A stretch of 62,843 nucleotides of DNA, counting the filler, from Barthelona sp. PAP020 (Eukaryota): assembly GCA_040182905.1 (NCBI GenBank). It is 4 parts of 4 records of this genome, joined end to end, with 100 filler letters (N's around TTAATTAATTAA, not from the genome) between each part and the next. Parts side by side here need not be neighbours in the genome. Positions count along the whole stretch, not along the records: positions 1 to 15,782 come from JARQWU010000276.1; 3 more parts are not named here. One strand, 5' to 3'. The notes below the pieces were generated by a model. It had not been told where the DNA came from, did no database searches, and worked only from the letters and a program-made list of their open reading frames with translations. The position numbers and the translations under genes were made by a program. Below, piece by piece: positions 1 through 10,559 of the stretch (positions are counted from its first letter, which is position 1; each line of letters opens with the position of its first letter).

Positions 1-181
1 CATGTACTTCGTTTGTTGTTCAAGGAGTAAAATTTCAACAAAACCTCTTCACTTCACTGATGCTTCTCTTTGTCTCCCATTGACGAGTGATTTGAGTCTA
101 CTATTTAACTCAATCCCAAAAATCAAAAGGGAAAATGTGGGAGTGGAGAAAAAATAAAAAATGAAATAGTGAACTCAACAA

Positions 182-1660
182 TCACAATTTACGATTTTTA
201 ACTTCTTTCAAAAACAAAGAACAAAACATCAATATAACAGACAACCAACCAAATATAGCTGTAAAATATGGAGCTAAAACCCACATGCTTTTAACTGGAA
301 CCAAAGAAGTAAACGCAACAGGATCATAATTGTTTAGTTCAGTATTCCAATCAGAAGAGAGTGCAGCATATGGAAGACTAATTCTGGGAGCACCTGTACC
401 ACTAGAAATAATAGATTCTGCCCAAGCGTTATTTCTAACCATACTCATACCATTCTCAATCGCTCTCAATGCCATATTATGAGCAACAGTTGGAGTGATC
501 TTACTTCCATCCATTCCTGGTGTAAACAAGAGTTCAACGCCATTTCTTCCAAGATAATATGCAAACAAATCAAACATTGAATCGTAGCAGATATGAAAAC
601 CAAATTTTCCCCATTTAGTGTGTATCACCAAAGGAGGTGTAGTACCTTCCATTGCATAAGGAGATTCTACTTGTGGAAAAAGATGCACTTTATCATACCT
701 AGCAACAAAACCAGTTTCATTAAAAATGTAAAGAGAATTACTGCCATTCTTTATTAGTTGACCCAAATCATTTGAATAATAGCTAAAAATATCAATGATC
801 ATGAATTTGGAATGATTTTTAGCAAGATTCTCAAATTTGCTTATCCATATCGCACTCTCATTATATGTGGAATTATCAAACATAATAAAAGCTCCTTCAC
901 TTATCATAATGATGGGAGAATCACTCTTTTTAATAGTATTCTCAAAAAAATCTAAATTTCTAGCATTATTTTTTGCAATTTCAGCTATAGAAGTATCAAC
1001 ATCTTTAATATTTAACTGATAAATACCAAATACAATATTAGTGACTTCAACATGCTCAAATTTTTCAATTCGATAATCGTAATACTGCTGTCTTAATTGT
1101 CCAAGACAAACCATCAATGAAAGTATAATTAACCCATGAATTATACGCTTACTAGACAGATTCTTTTCTTTAAACATGTACCCACATATTAAAACCAAAA
1201 TAAATGTTAAAAATGGTAACCCACCAATGATTAACCATTGAGCAAGTGGATTGAAATCATAAATAGCTCGAATATGATAAGCTAAAGTACCAAAATCAGT
1301 CAAAGTACTTATTAGAAATGAACATCCAGCAGTAGTTAATCCCAAAGTCAATATTTCATATCGAGAAATTTTGGTGAAAATAAAAGGAATGAGCTCTAAC
1401 CCAATGAAAATGGCGCTAGCCATACCAATATGAAAAAAGCCATATTTATCAAGCGGAACAAAATTAGATGTTCCAAAAATATACAGAATTAATTGAAAAA
1501 TAAATGTCGGAATAACAATTCTTTTTGGAAAATGAAAAAATACATAAGCCCTTGTACAAAAATATGGCAAAATAAATATTCCAAAACTAAATTGACTGAA
1601 AAATAATCCAAATAGTAAATGAAGCAGTGCAATAATATATAATTGTATCTTGCTCATCAT
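182..1660 (-). CDS. Apolipoprotein N-acyltransferase (Lnt)-like membrane protein, nitrilase/CN-hydrolase fold
   Basis: Several N-terminal TM helices, then the nitrilase E-K-C triad motifs IMISEGAF, YDKVHLFP and ICYDSMF, plus ALRAIENG and a C-terminal TM helix, as in bacterial Lnt. Confidence 0.8.
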   Translation of the reverse strand: MMSKIQLYIIALLHLLFGLFFSQFSFGIFILPYFCTRAYVFFHFPKRIVIPTFIFQLILYIFGTSNFVPLDKYGFFHIGMASAIFIGLELIPFIFTKISRYEILTLGLTTAGCSFLISTLTDFGTLAYHIRAIYDFNPLAQWLIIGGLPFLTFILVLICGYMFKEKNLSSKRIIHGLIILSLMVCLGQLRQQYYDYRIEKFEHVEVTNIVFGIYQLNIKDVDTSIAEIAKNNARNLDFFENTIKKSDSPIIMISEGAFIMFDNSTYNESAIWISKFENLAKNHSKFMIIDIFSYYSNDLGQLIKNGSNSLYIFNETGFVARYDKVHLFPQVESPYAMEGTTPPLVIHTKWGKFGFHICYDSMFDLFAYYLGRNGVELLFTPGMDGSKITPTVAHNMALRAIENGMSMVRNNAWAESIISSGTGAPRISLPYAALSSDWNTELNNYDPVAFTSLVPVKSMWVLAPYFTAIFGWLSVILMFCSLFLKEVKNRKL

Positions 1661-1709
1661 TATAATAGAAAAAAAAAAACTTGCAATTTGTACGAAATAT
1701 AATTACTAT

Positions 1710-3275
1710 TTATTCAACATAATATCGATCAAAACGATCATAATTCTCACCTAAAGAAATTAAAACATCTCTAACTTGACTCAATTCATCATCATCCATA
1801 TTAGACCCACTGATTCTTTGAACTGGATCAAAATTGCTTCCTAATCCAATGAGATAAGGCTGTAAATTAGTATTTGCACTTAATTGAATTAAAGAAGGTA
1901 TAGTGTTAGGAATTGTGTTATCTACAATCAATTCCCCTTTTTCATTGACTTTTGCAAAGTCTTTAGGCTTAAAGAATCCATCTTCGGTTAAATTATTTGG
2001 CCATATCAAAGGAGAAATTTGGGGAACAGGTATAGCTTCATCATGCAAACAGTTAAATATGTTTCTAGTCTCAAATGTTTCAAACAAGCTTTCAAATCTT
2101 TCTTTTGGCTTTCTCAGTGATTTCAAACCTCTGCCAATGTTAACCAAACCAAAGGGATATTTCTCAACTGTGTTGTTTGATAGCAAACTCTCAGTTTTCC
2201 AATTCTCACTGTGATGCAAGAAATCAGCATAAGGTTCTGCAAAAATCATGTTTGAACGGGGATTCAACACAGAAGAAAGACTAGAAAACCCGTGATTCAG
2301 TAACAATGGAGTTAGAACACCATGCGAAAACATACCAGCAATGTAACTACCATGCCAATCATTGATCACATCTTTGGATGGTAAAATGTTGTTCAATTGC
2401 TTCTTATTCAGAGGTATAATAAGGTTAGATAACTCCACTAGTGAAGTCATCGTTAAGGCGCGATTGAAATCAGCAAATTTTTTGTTTTCAACCACATAAG
2501 AATAGTGTTCCTTGGAGTAATCATATTCATCATCGCAGGCGTACGTAACAACAGGCTTTTTACTGTCAAAATCATGGATATACTCAAGCAGTGTTTTAGA
2601 CACATTACCATAACCACTGAATATGTCTGAAAACAACTGTATACACTGACAATTATCACATTTTTCAACCATAAACCTGATCAAATCCTCAACTTTATCA
2701 TTAAAATCTCTAATGGAATCCTTAAATACGTCGCCATTTGACCAACTATCCATAGGATAATGTTTCAAGGTGTGATCTTTGGATAAAATAGATGATTTTG
2801 CACTTGTATGACAAGGAAAAACTTCGGTCCAGTATTTAACACTTGATTGCATGTCTTTTATCAATTCTAAACGTTGATTCAATTCTAAGAGTGTTCCAAA
2901 AAATAAAGGTTCATCTTTGTTCGAAGGATGTGTTGCTACAACATGAGTTGGCATTCGTTCAGTTTCATAAGTCAACATATTTAATTGATCAATGGAATCT
3001 TGCATTGAATGTTTATAATCCGTTTTTGCTTGTTCATATCCTGCTTCAGGTAATGGTCCTAAATTCGTCACAATATCAAAAAATCCCAATCTTGGATTTC
3101 TTGAAACATAATGATTTGGTGAAAATGAAGGCTCAAATATTCTTGTTACATCAAATACATAAGGATTTTCATTATCATTGGAAAAAGTATCTAAATATTG
3201 ATTGGAGACATTAAAAAATTGACTTCCAATCCAATTAGCAAATTCACCACATTGAAAAGTAACTATTTCACCCAT
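1710..3275 (-). CDS. MSTO1: Misato/DML1 tubulin-like protein
   Basis: Tubulin-like N-terminus MGEIVTFQCGEFANWIGSQFFN; IRFMVEKCDNCQCIQLFSDIFSGYG matches the Misato tubulin_3 region. Confidence 0.8.
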   Translation of the reverse strand: MGEIVTFQCGEFANWIGSQFFNVSNQYLDTFSNDNENPYVFDVTRIFEPSFSPNHYVSRNPRLGFFDIVTNLGPLPEAGYEQAKTDYKHSMQDSIDQLNMLTYETERMPTHVVATHPSNKDEPLFFGTLLELNQRLELIKDMQSSVKYWTEVFPCHTSAKSSILSKDHTLKHYPMDSWSNGDVFKDSIRDFNDKVEDLIRFMVEKCDNCQCIQLFSDIFSGYGNVSKTLLEYIHDFDSKKPVVTYACDDEYDYSKEHYSYVVENKKFADFNRALTMTSLVELSNLIIPLNKKQLNNILPSKDVINDWHGSYIAGMFSHGVLTPLLLNHGFSSLSSVLNPRSNMIFAEPYADFLHHSENWKTESLLSNNTVEKYPFGLVNIGRGLKSLRKPKERFESLFETFETRNIFNCLHDEAIPVPQISPLIWPNNLTEDGFFKPKDFAKVNEKGELIVDNTIPNTIPSLIQLSANTNLQPYLIGLGSNFDPVQRISGSNMDDDELSQVRDVLISLGENYDRFDRYYVE

Positions 3276-3364
3276 AAATTAATTAAAAAGAAAATCTCAA
3301 AAAAACAAACACAAAGGATAACGTTTTCTTTTTTTTTTTTACATAATTTTTTCTTCATTATTTA

Positions 3365-4657
3365 ATGAGTGATCGAATATTAGAACCAATACTGAATTTA
3401 TCTGAATCTGATGACATTTTATTGGGAATTTATCATTTCTTAAAGAAATCATCTGAAAATACAGTTTTATTTGATACTAAACAACAAGAATTTGCCAAAC
3501 ACAGTGTTGAATGGTTAGAATTATTGTTACGTTCCAAACGTATTGATATTCATAACAATCCAAAAATTCCCATTGAGAATTGTTACAAGGTAACTTCTAA
3601 AATCAACAGTAGAATGGATATTAGGGAAAAATATTTCTCTTATATAAGATATCTTAAATCAAAGCCCTATTTTGAGGATGTTAACCCACACGCAACAATT
3701 GTCCGGATTGATAGAGCCAGACATATGTTCATCGAACAATTCAATCCTTCTAGTGATGAGGTTCCCAATATTCAAGACACTTTGGATTGTTGTTTTCCTT
3801 ATATCCCCATTGACTTGAATTTGAACACTCAAGAGGCTCAATTTACTCCTTCAATTGTTTCTCCTCCTGAAGATTTGACACCTCCTGATGTCTCTAATGT
3901 AACGTCTGCTGAAGAACGAAGAGCTTTATTTAACACTTTAAGAACAAGAGGCAATGAGTTATTCAGACAGAATAGATATGGAGATTCCATCGCTTTTTAT
4001 TCTAAAGCTTTAGAAATATTCCCAAATAATGCAATAATCTTAAATAATCGTGCGTCTGCTCACTTATGTAATGTGTCTTATGAATCTGCTTTGGAAGATT
4101 CGACAAGGGCATGTGAAATCAACCCTGAATATGCTAAGGCTCATAGAACACGAGGACATGCTCTTAATTCCTTAAGAAGGTTTGATGAGGCAGCAGAGGC
4201 TTATAAAAGAGCCTTGGAGATTGAACCTGATCATGAAAGAACTAAACAATATTTAGCAGGTTGTCCTACTTCCACACCAACCATTCAAACTTCAACAACT
4301 AATTCATCAACCTCAAAAAGGAAAAAAAATGTGCAACCTGAGGCTATTCGAACTGAAATACAATCTGAAACGGAAGATGAAGAACCACAACATCAACCTG
4401 AATCTGAAACACAACAGCCAAGACCCGAAGTGTTTACAACAGGTGCTGGTGAGGTTCATTTTTCTGCTGATGCAATGAATTCAAACGATTTCATGGAAGC
4501 GATGAATGCTGTGACATCAAATCCCGAAATGATGAATAGTGTGATGGGAATGGCAGGACAATTAGCTCAACAAATGTTTGGACAAATGCCACAAAACAAT
4601 GATGAAAATAGTGATCCAAACGATCCTAATCAAGCACCTCAATGTCCTCAACAATAA
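3365..4657 (+). CDS. TPR co-chaperone, SGT/Sgt2-like
   Basis: Three TPRs (GNELFRQNRYGDSIAFYSKALEI...YAKAHRTRGHAL) and an M/Q/N-rich STI1-like C-terminus (NPEMMNSVMGMAGQ). Confidence 0.7.
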   Translation: MSDRILEPILNLSESDDILLGIYHFLKKSSENTVLFDTKQQEFAKHSVEWLELLLRSKRIDIHNNPKIPIENCYKVTSKINSRMDIREKYFSYIRYLKSKPYFEDVNPHATIVRIDRARHMFIEQFNPSSDEVPNIQDTLDCCFPYIPIDLNLNTQEAQFTPSIVSPPEDLTPPDVSNVTSAEERRALFNTLRTRGNELFRQNRYGDSIAFYSKALEIFPNNAIILNNRASAHLCNVSYESALEDSTRACEINPEYAKAHRTRGHALNSLRRFDEAAEAYKRALEIEPDHERTKQYLAGCPTSTPTIQTSTTNSSTSKRKKNVQPEAIRTEIQSETEDEEPQHQPESETQQPRPEVFTTGAGEVHFSADAMNSNDFMEAMNAVTSNPEMMNSVMGMAGQLAQQMFGQMPQNNDENSDPNDPNQAPQCPQQ

Positions 4658-4930
4658 AAATCCAGGATCTTTTTTTATTTTTGTTACCGTTTTAAATTTT
4701 TTTATAGAAATGTATCAAATAATTGGAGTAAAAATTTATTAATTACAAATGAATATTTTTCTGAAACAAAAGATGTGGAAAATATGATTTATCAACCATA
4801 AACAACAATAATAAATAGCAATTAGATTTGTTTAAGGTTAAATATTTAAAAAAATACATTTATTCATTGACATAATACAGGAAAGAAAAAAACATTTTAA
4901 ATCAAACAATTTTTTTTTCTAAAATATAAG

Positions 4931-6949
4931 ATGGATAGAGAGAAACGACACAATTTACCTACTTCTATTGCGAATAGATCTGTTCAAGCACAAAAGAATG
5001 CTTCAAATAGAAGTCAAATACAACAAAGAATTAGCGGAGGATCAAAGAAAGTTGTTTCTCTGAAAAACAAGGTTGAAAAAACTTCTGATATTAATCCAGG
5101 AAAAGCTAGAAGATTATCTAATTCCAATTCTACCAAAGTTCATCTTGATAATCGTGAAGAATTTCTTAAACAAATTGAGACGTTTAGAGAAAATAATTTA
5201 ACCCCTAATTTGGATAGTGATGATGTTGATAGATCTTTAGATGATAATATCATTGTAGCTGTAAGAAAACGTCCAATATTTCAATTTGAACTAGATCATC
5301 AACAGTTTGATTGTGTAAGCATACAAGATCCGGTCTGTTTTTTACATAACTGTCAACTCGATGTTAGTTGGACCCCTACCTTAGTTAATAGGTATTATAA
5401 GTTTGACTATGCCTTTGATGAAAGTGCTTCGAATGAAGAAGTTTATGAAAGAACTTTTAAGCCACAGTTAAATAAGATTTTTGACTCTGGTTTGAGTGTG
5501 ATAGCTTATGGACAGACTTCGAGTGGAAAAACATACACAATTTCTGCGATTCTCACTCATGTAGCACGTGATATTTTCACTATTGTTGACCCTACTGACA
5601 TTATCAAAATCGGTGTAATTGAATCATTTGGCAATGATTTAGTCGATTTGTCGACTGGTGTTTCAGCCAACATCTATGATGATCCTGAAGGTGGATTAAT
5701 TTATCGAGGGCTAAATTTTAACGTTGTTATGAATTCTTCGGAATTTTTGGAAGTTATCAATCTTTCACTAGAACAACGTAGATCCTCATCAACAAACAGA
5801 AATGATAGATCTTCGAGGTCACATGCTATATTTAGAATTGTAATTGAACGCAATGAAGTAGAAGTTGGCTCTTTAACGTTGGCTGATTTGGCTGGTAGTG
5901 AACGTTCTTCCGATTCTTTATACCATGATAAGGAGACTGCAAGGGAGACTGCTTTGATTAATAGTTCTTTAATGGTGTTAAAGGAGTGTATTCGTACAAG
6001 AGCTCAAAACTCAAGTAGTGTTCGAGTTCCTTATCGTCAATCTAAGCTAACCATGTTGTTGAAACATTGCTTTGTTACTCCCAATCATAAAACAATCTTT
6101 TTAGGGATGATTAGCCCAATTGCTAGTGATACTAATCATACAAATGGAACTTTAGAATTTATTAAGCGTCTAAAGGTTACAGAAACGGTTGCGCGAGATC
6201 GGTCTTTGTTAATTCATTGGACTAAGGGTCAAGTGCAGAAATTTATGAAGGATTTCTGTGAAAATGAAGACGCTCCCAGATTTTGTGATATGGGAATCGA
6301 CAATATTCTGCAATGTTTTAGATGTGATGGTAGAACGCTATCTCATATGACTGTTGATGAATTTAAAACAAGGTTAGGAAATGAATTCATTTGCAAGAAA
6401 CTAGATGATGTCATTCAGCAATTGAAAAAAAGAAAACCAAAAAGGTCTTCAACACCCACACTTCCCAATGGCTGCTATAACAAATCTGATAGCAACGAAA
6501 AGCCTTCATCCTCAAAGTACAAACTTAGCATCAATTTATTCTCTGAAAATTTTGAAGGAATCGGGTTGGATGGCGTTCAAATGTCAAAAATGGAGAATCC
6601 TTTTGAAAAAGAAGCTTTTAAGAGCACTATGACTCCTGTTGAATTGTTTCAACAAGGAAAGAAAGAAATAAATTATTTTTTCAACCAAACTCAGTTATTG
6701 GAAGACTTTGCTTTCAATGATAACATCCCAACCATTATGAACGGTATTTATAATGGTAGACATGTGATTGTTTTCCGTTGTGAAAAATGGGAACTCTTGA
6801 TCAATGCAATTGGTAATCGACCATATCTTCAAAAAGACTTTCAAATGTATACTACCTTACCTGTGGATATGAAGAATAAAAAAATACTTATCGGTGCCAA
6901 TTCTGAATATATTAGACATGGTTTAATATTATTGATTCAAAATAGTTAA
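4931..6949 (+). CDS. Kinesin with internal motor domain (kinesin-13-like), followed by a SAM-like domain
   Basis: Motifs VAVRKRP, YGQTSSGKT (P-loop), SSRSHA, DLAGSER, INSSLMVLKECIR and VPYRQSKLT. Confidence 0.9.
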   Translation: MDREKRHNLPTSIANRSVQAQKNASNRSQIQQRISGGSKKVVSLKNKVEKTSDINPGKARRLSNSNSTKVHLDNREEFLKQIETFRENNLTPNLDSDDVDRSLDDNIIVAVRKRPIFQFELDHQQFDCVSIQDPVCFLHNCQLDVSWTPTLVNRYYKFDYAFDESASNEEVYERTFKPQLNKIFDSGLSVIAYGQTSSGKTYTISAILTHVARDIFTIVDPTDIIKIGVIESFGNDLVDLSTGVSANIYDDPEGGLIYRGLNFNVVMNSSEFLEVINLSLEQRRSSSTNRNDRSSRSHAIFRIVIERNEVEVGSLTLADLAGSERSSDSLYHDKETARETALINSSLMVLKECIRTRAQNSSSVRVPYRQSKLTMLLKHCFVTPNHKTIFLGMISPIASDTNHTNGTLEFIKRLKVTETVARDRSLLIHWTKGQVQKFMKDFCENEDAPRFCDMGIDNILQCFRCDGRTLSHMTVDEFKTRLGNEFICKKLDDVIQQLKKRKPKRSSTPTLPNGCYNKSDSNEKPSSSKYKLSINLFSENFEGIGLDGVQMSKMENPFEKEAFKSTMTPVELFQQGKKEINYFFNQTQLLEDFAFNDNIPTIMNGIYNGRHVIVFRCEKWELLINAIGNRPYLQKDFQMYTTLPVDMKNKKILIGANSEYIRHGLILLIQNS

Positions 6950-7272
6950 CAATTCAAGTTTTATTTAGAAGACAAGAAAAGAAAAAGAAATTTCATTGGT
7001 TTCATTTTTTTGGAAATTATGAACCTATTATTGTGATTTATAAATAAAGAATTTTTTTGTTGTTTTTAACAAGATTGATTTCTTTTTTTCATCAAAATTA
7101 ACAGAATATTATTATTTTATATTAATTGATATGAATAAACATTACATAATACATGATAATGAACTAATTTTATCAATTGATATAATAAGACAATTGTTTA
7201 ACAAGTGTCTTGATTGAGATTATTTTTTTTCCTCATTTTTCTTCATTTTGATTTTTATCACTTTTATGATTG

Positions 7273-9003
7273 ATGAATTTTTTTCATTCGAAAAAGGCTA
7301 AATATGAATTATCAAGAGATCCAAAATCCATTTGGTTTAATCATGTTTCCAAAAAATTAAGTAGTTCAATTGATAAGCAGCTATTTCTATCACAATTTGA
7401 TTATTTAAATAGTTCCTTTTATCAAAAAGAGTTATCTGAAGTTTCAAAATGGCATGATATCATCAATAAATCCAATAATAACAAGAAAATTGATAAAAAT
7501 ATTATTCATGGTATCCCAATGGAGTTAAGAAAAACGGTTTATTGGAAATTGAGCGGAGCATCTAAACGTTTTGTTGATGAGCCTTCAACCATTTATCGCA
7601 AAGCTCTTGTTAACACTTTGGGTCCCAATTATCGCGATATCAGTTATTCAACGTTATTTTCAAAGTGCACCTGTATCCCTGAAAGCTTTAAGGGAAAGTA
7701 TCTCAATTGTTTAACGTCGAGTAATTGGCAATACCAGCTGATTCGAATTATCGTTGTTTTGAATGGTCACAATCCAGATTTGGTTCATTCACCGATGTTA
7801 TTACCAATTCTAACACTTTTATTCTTTTTGTTTGAAGAACCAGAAATTTACTGCTTAATGGACTCTCTGATGAGTATGAGTCGTAACAATCACCCATATT
7901 CGTCGCCAAAGGATGATGACTATCGTATTAGCGAAATGGAGACGAGTTTGGATGAAAGAAAAGGATACTTTCTTTTACTTGATCTTGAAGATCAGACACT
8001 GTTCAGCGAGAGTGTGTCTTATTGTTTGTTAGGAGTAAACCCAAGATTGGGCGCAAATTGGACTTCCCAATCAATATTTCCCTTTCCTATCTTTCAGAAC
8101 TTTATCAATAGCTTCTGCTGTGATCAGTTGTATTTACCTCAGATATTTATTCTGTTAGACCACTTTATGTGGTTCGGACAGGTGGGACTGGTAAGAATTT
8201 GCACATGTTTTTTTAATCAAAAGATTTTTTTGAACTGCAAGAATTCTTTGGAAATTGGTGTTGTGTTTAATAATTTTTCCAAGCATTTAAGCGAAAACTA
8301 CGAAGAATTCATGAAATTCGTTATCAAAGCGGATAAATTCGACATTGATTCTTTGGTCTTGAAAGATATCGAAGATCAGTTGAGCGTCGGGATAAGTTTT
8401 TGGCCTAGGACTTCCTTGGCATCAAATGCCCTCAATTATTCCACCTCCATGAAAGACAATATGATACACAAGGGGAGCATTCATTATCCTTTGAATGATT
8501 TTGTTATATTTGAAAATTTCAATGTTTCAAACATTTGGAAGAGTGTCCCAAATCGTTTTAAAACGCGTTCAATTGTTGAAGTTCTAAATTCTTCTCAAGA
8601 TGGGCTTAGTTTCGAACTGTTTGAAAACCATTGTAGATCTTTGAATTGTCCTGTCATCATTATTATCGAAACAGCGGATAGAATGCTTTCTGGCGCTTTT
8701 TTATCTCAAGAACCCAGATTTGGTTTTTTTGCAGACAATAGAAGCTTCCTATTTGATCATAATGGTGAGGTCTTTAAATCAACAGGAGCTAATGATTTTT
8801 TTGGATCGTTAACAAATGAATTTTTACTAATTGGTGGAGGTGTTGGTTATTCTGGACTTCTGTTAAGTTTTTTGAAAAGAAAAGTATGTTCAAATCATTG
8901 TGAAACATTTGATAATGTGTGTTTATTCGGGAAAGATAAAGAGGGTGTAAATATTGACATCAGAACAATTGTTCTGTTGGCTTTAACTGTTGATAAAACA
9001 TAA
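7273..9003 (+). CDS. Rab-GAP TBC + TLDc domain protein (TBC1D24-like)
   Basis: TBC start IIHGIPMELRKTVYWKLSGA; TLDc motifs SSQDGLSF, SGAFLS, LLIGGG and SNHCETFDN. First in-frame ATG is at 7273. Confidence 0.75.
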   Translation: MNFFHSKKAKYELSRDPKSIWFNHVSKKLSSSIDKQLFLSQFDYLNSSFYQKELSEVSKWHDIINKSNNNKKIDKNIIHGIPMELRKTVYWKLSGASKRFVDEPSTIYRKALVNTLGPNYRDISYSTLFSKCTCIPESFKGKYLNCLTSSNWQYQLIRIIVVLNGHNPDLVHSPMLLPILTLLFFLFEEPEIYCLMDSLMSMSRNNHPYSSPKDDDYRISEMETSLDERKGYFLLLDLEDQTLFSESVSYCLLGVNPRLGANWTSQSIFPFPIFQNFINSFCCDQLYLPQIFILLDHFMWFGQVGLVRICTCFFNQKIFLNCKNSLEIGVVFNNFSKHLSENYEEFMKFVIKADKFDIDSLVLKDIEDQLSVGISFWPRTSLASNALNYSTSMKDNMIHKGSIHYPLNDFVIFENFNVSNIWKSVPNRFKTRSIVEVLNSSQDGLSFELFENHCRSLNCPVIIIIETADRMLSGAFLSQEPRFGFFADNRSFLFDHNGEVFKSTGANDFFGSLTNEFLLIGGGVGYSGLLLSFLKRKVCSNHCETFDNVCLFGKDKEGVNIDIRTIVLLALTVDKT

Positions 9004-9092
9004 TTTCGTATTTATTCGCTTTTTTTGAGTTTTATCAATAGTTTTGTAAAATGTACATAAAATGCAAATCATCATTATTTTTTTTCTTGTTC

Positions 9093-9398
9093 GAACCTTT
9101 TCCAGAACTTACCCAAATCAGAGACTAGGAATTTCAGTTGATTAATAAATAATAAACCTTAATCTTTATTCTTTTCGGGGGCTCCAGTGTTCCTGAAACG
9201 AACCTCACTTTTTAGAGACCTACTCTTCCATAGGCGGGCATAGGAGAGCTACGCCCTATGCGGGATGTGAAATATTGCGTTACTAATTGCTCAAAAGAGC
9301 GTGAAGCTCCGATATTTTTAGAATTTATCCTAATTGTGCAAGTTTTCGTGCATTCACCGTGGCAGGTCAAAAATTTGGGGTAGGTTGAGGAAAAGTTC
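9093..9398. other. GC-enriched structured non-coding element with about 27-nt imperfect terminal inverted repeats (MITE or ncRNA)
   Basis: Left end gaaccttttccagaacttacccaaat versus reverse complement of the right end gaacttttcctcaacctaccccaaat. Internal hairpins gcatagg..cctatgc and gagc-gtgaa-gctc. Confidence 0.4.
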
Positions 9399-9899
9399 CG
9401 TACCTTGAAGGAAAAAGGAAGAATTAGAAAATTTATATTCGTCAAAAAAAGACCATAACTCTCTTTATTTTAAAAATTCAGTAATTTTGTTGTGAAAACA
9501 ATTCAAATTATCTTATTATCGATTTTATTAATAATTAAATGAGATTTCTTTGACAAAAATAAACAAAACAAAATAGCAAGAAAAATTTATCTAAAAGAAC
9601 CATTTAAACTTTTGAAGTGATCACTATGATCATAACATAAGGAAATTCCCAGCAAACAACTTTCATTAGAATCAGTCTCAATCTTGAAGAGATTATCATT
9701 GACAATTTATTTAAAAATATTTTATCTAACAAGTAATGAATAACAATGCATGTTCAAATTTACAAAAACAAATTAAAGAAGTAACAATTTCAAATACAGA
9801 AAAAAATTTTAGTTCTTTTGTTGTTTCACCATTTTTACCAAAATTCAATTAATCAAGACAATTTTTAAATGTTTTAAGATCCAAACAAAATAATATGTA

Positions 9900-10499
9900 T
9901 TATTCTATTTCAAAATCAACATCAGGAGGTTTAAATATTTCATTTTGAATGTTCAAGTTCATCAGCTTGGATTCATTCATTATTTTTACTGTTTTTTTCC
10001 AATTTGTTAAAAACAACAGGAAAACAATGAAATTTATGAGTAACCACCACAATTCTGATATACCATAATTTTTCCATTCAAATGTTGATGGAAATGCATG
10101 AAATATTGCTGTATGATGCACAGTTGACCACATTTCAAGTTTAAATGGAGCAAATGGGCAAACTATATGAGCAGTTAAATAGTCAAGCAAAATATGACTT
10201 GTATAACAAATATAAACATAATATGTGTAATATTTCTTTTTTGTATATTTATTACAAATAAAGGCTAGAAAAGGTGCAACCAAAAAAAGACTAAGGGGTT
10301 CTTGAAACCAAGTTCTCAAATGATCAGAAGATTTGCCGGAAAAATATCCAATAATCATATCAAAATCAATACATACCGCAAAAGTTACTGAATAATACAC
10401 AATATATTGAATTTTTCTTTGTTTGTATTGATGTAAAATAATATATTCTAAAAAGAATAGAAGATTAAAAGCTGTGAAAAAGTGATTGAAAGAATTCAT
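9900..10499 (-). CDS. YdjM/DUF457-like membrane-bound metal-dependent hydrolase
   Basis: Likely start MNSFNH. Pattern H...IDFD...HLRTW...SHILLDYLT...PFAPF in a hydrophobic protein. The ORF extension to 10721 runs through a non-coding element. Confidence 0.6.
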   Translation of the reverse strand: MNSFNHFFTAFNLLFFLEYIILHQYKQRKIQYIVYYSVTFAVCIDFDMIIGYFSGKSSDHLRTWFQEPLSLFLVAPFLAFICNKYTKKKYYTYYVYICYTSHILLDYLTAHIVCPFAPFKLEMWSTVHHTAIFHAFPSTFEWKNYGISELWWLLINFIVFLLFLTNWKKTVKIMNESKLMNLNIQNEIFKPPDVDFEIE

Positions 10500-10559
10500 C
10501 AATCTTAAAATAAATAGAACAGGTTCATTAAAAAAAAATATGAAATAAGACTTTATTGA

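Noticed and set aside
9297..9306. U3 snoRNA box B match GAGCGTGAAG; RNase MRP/P P4-like strings at 9176 and 9387
   Set aside because: No boxes A/C/D at the expected spacing, and the P4-like halves are in reverse order.
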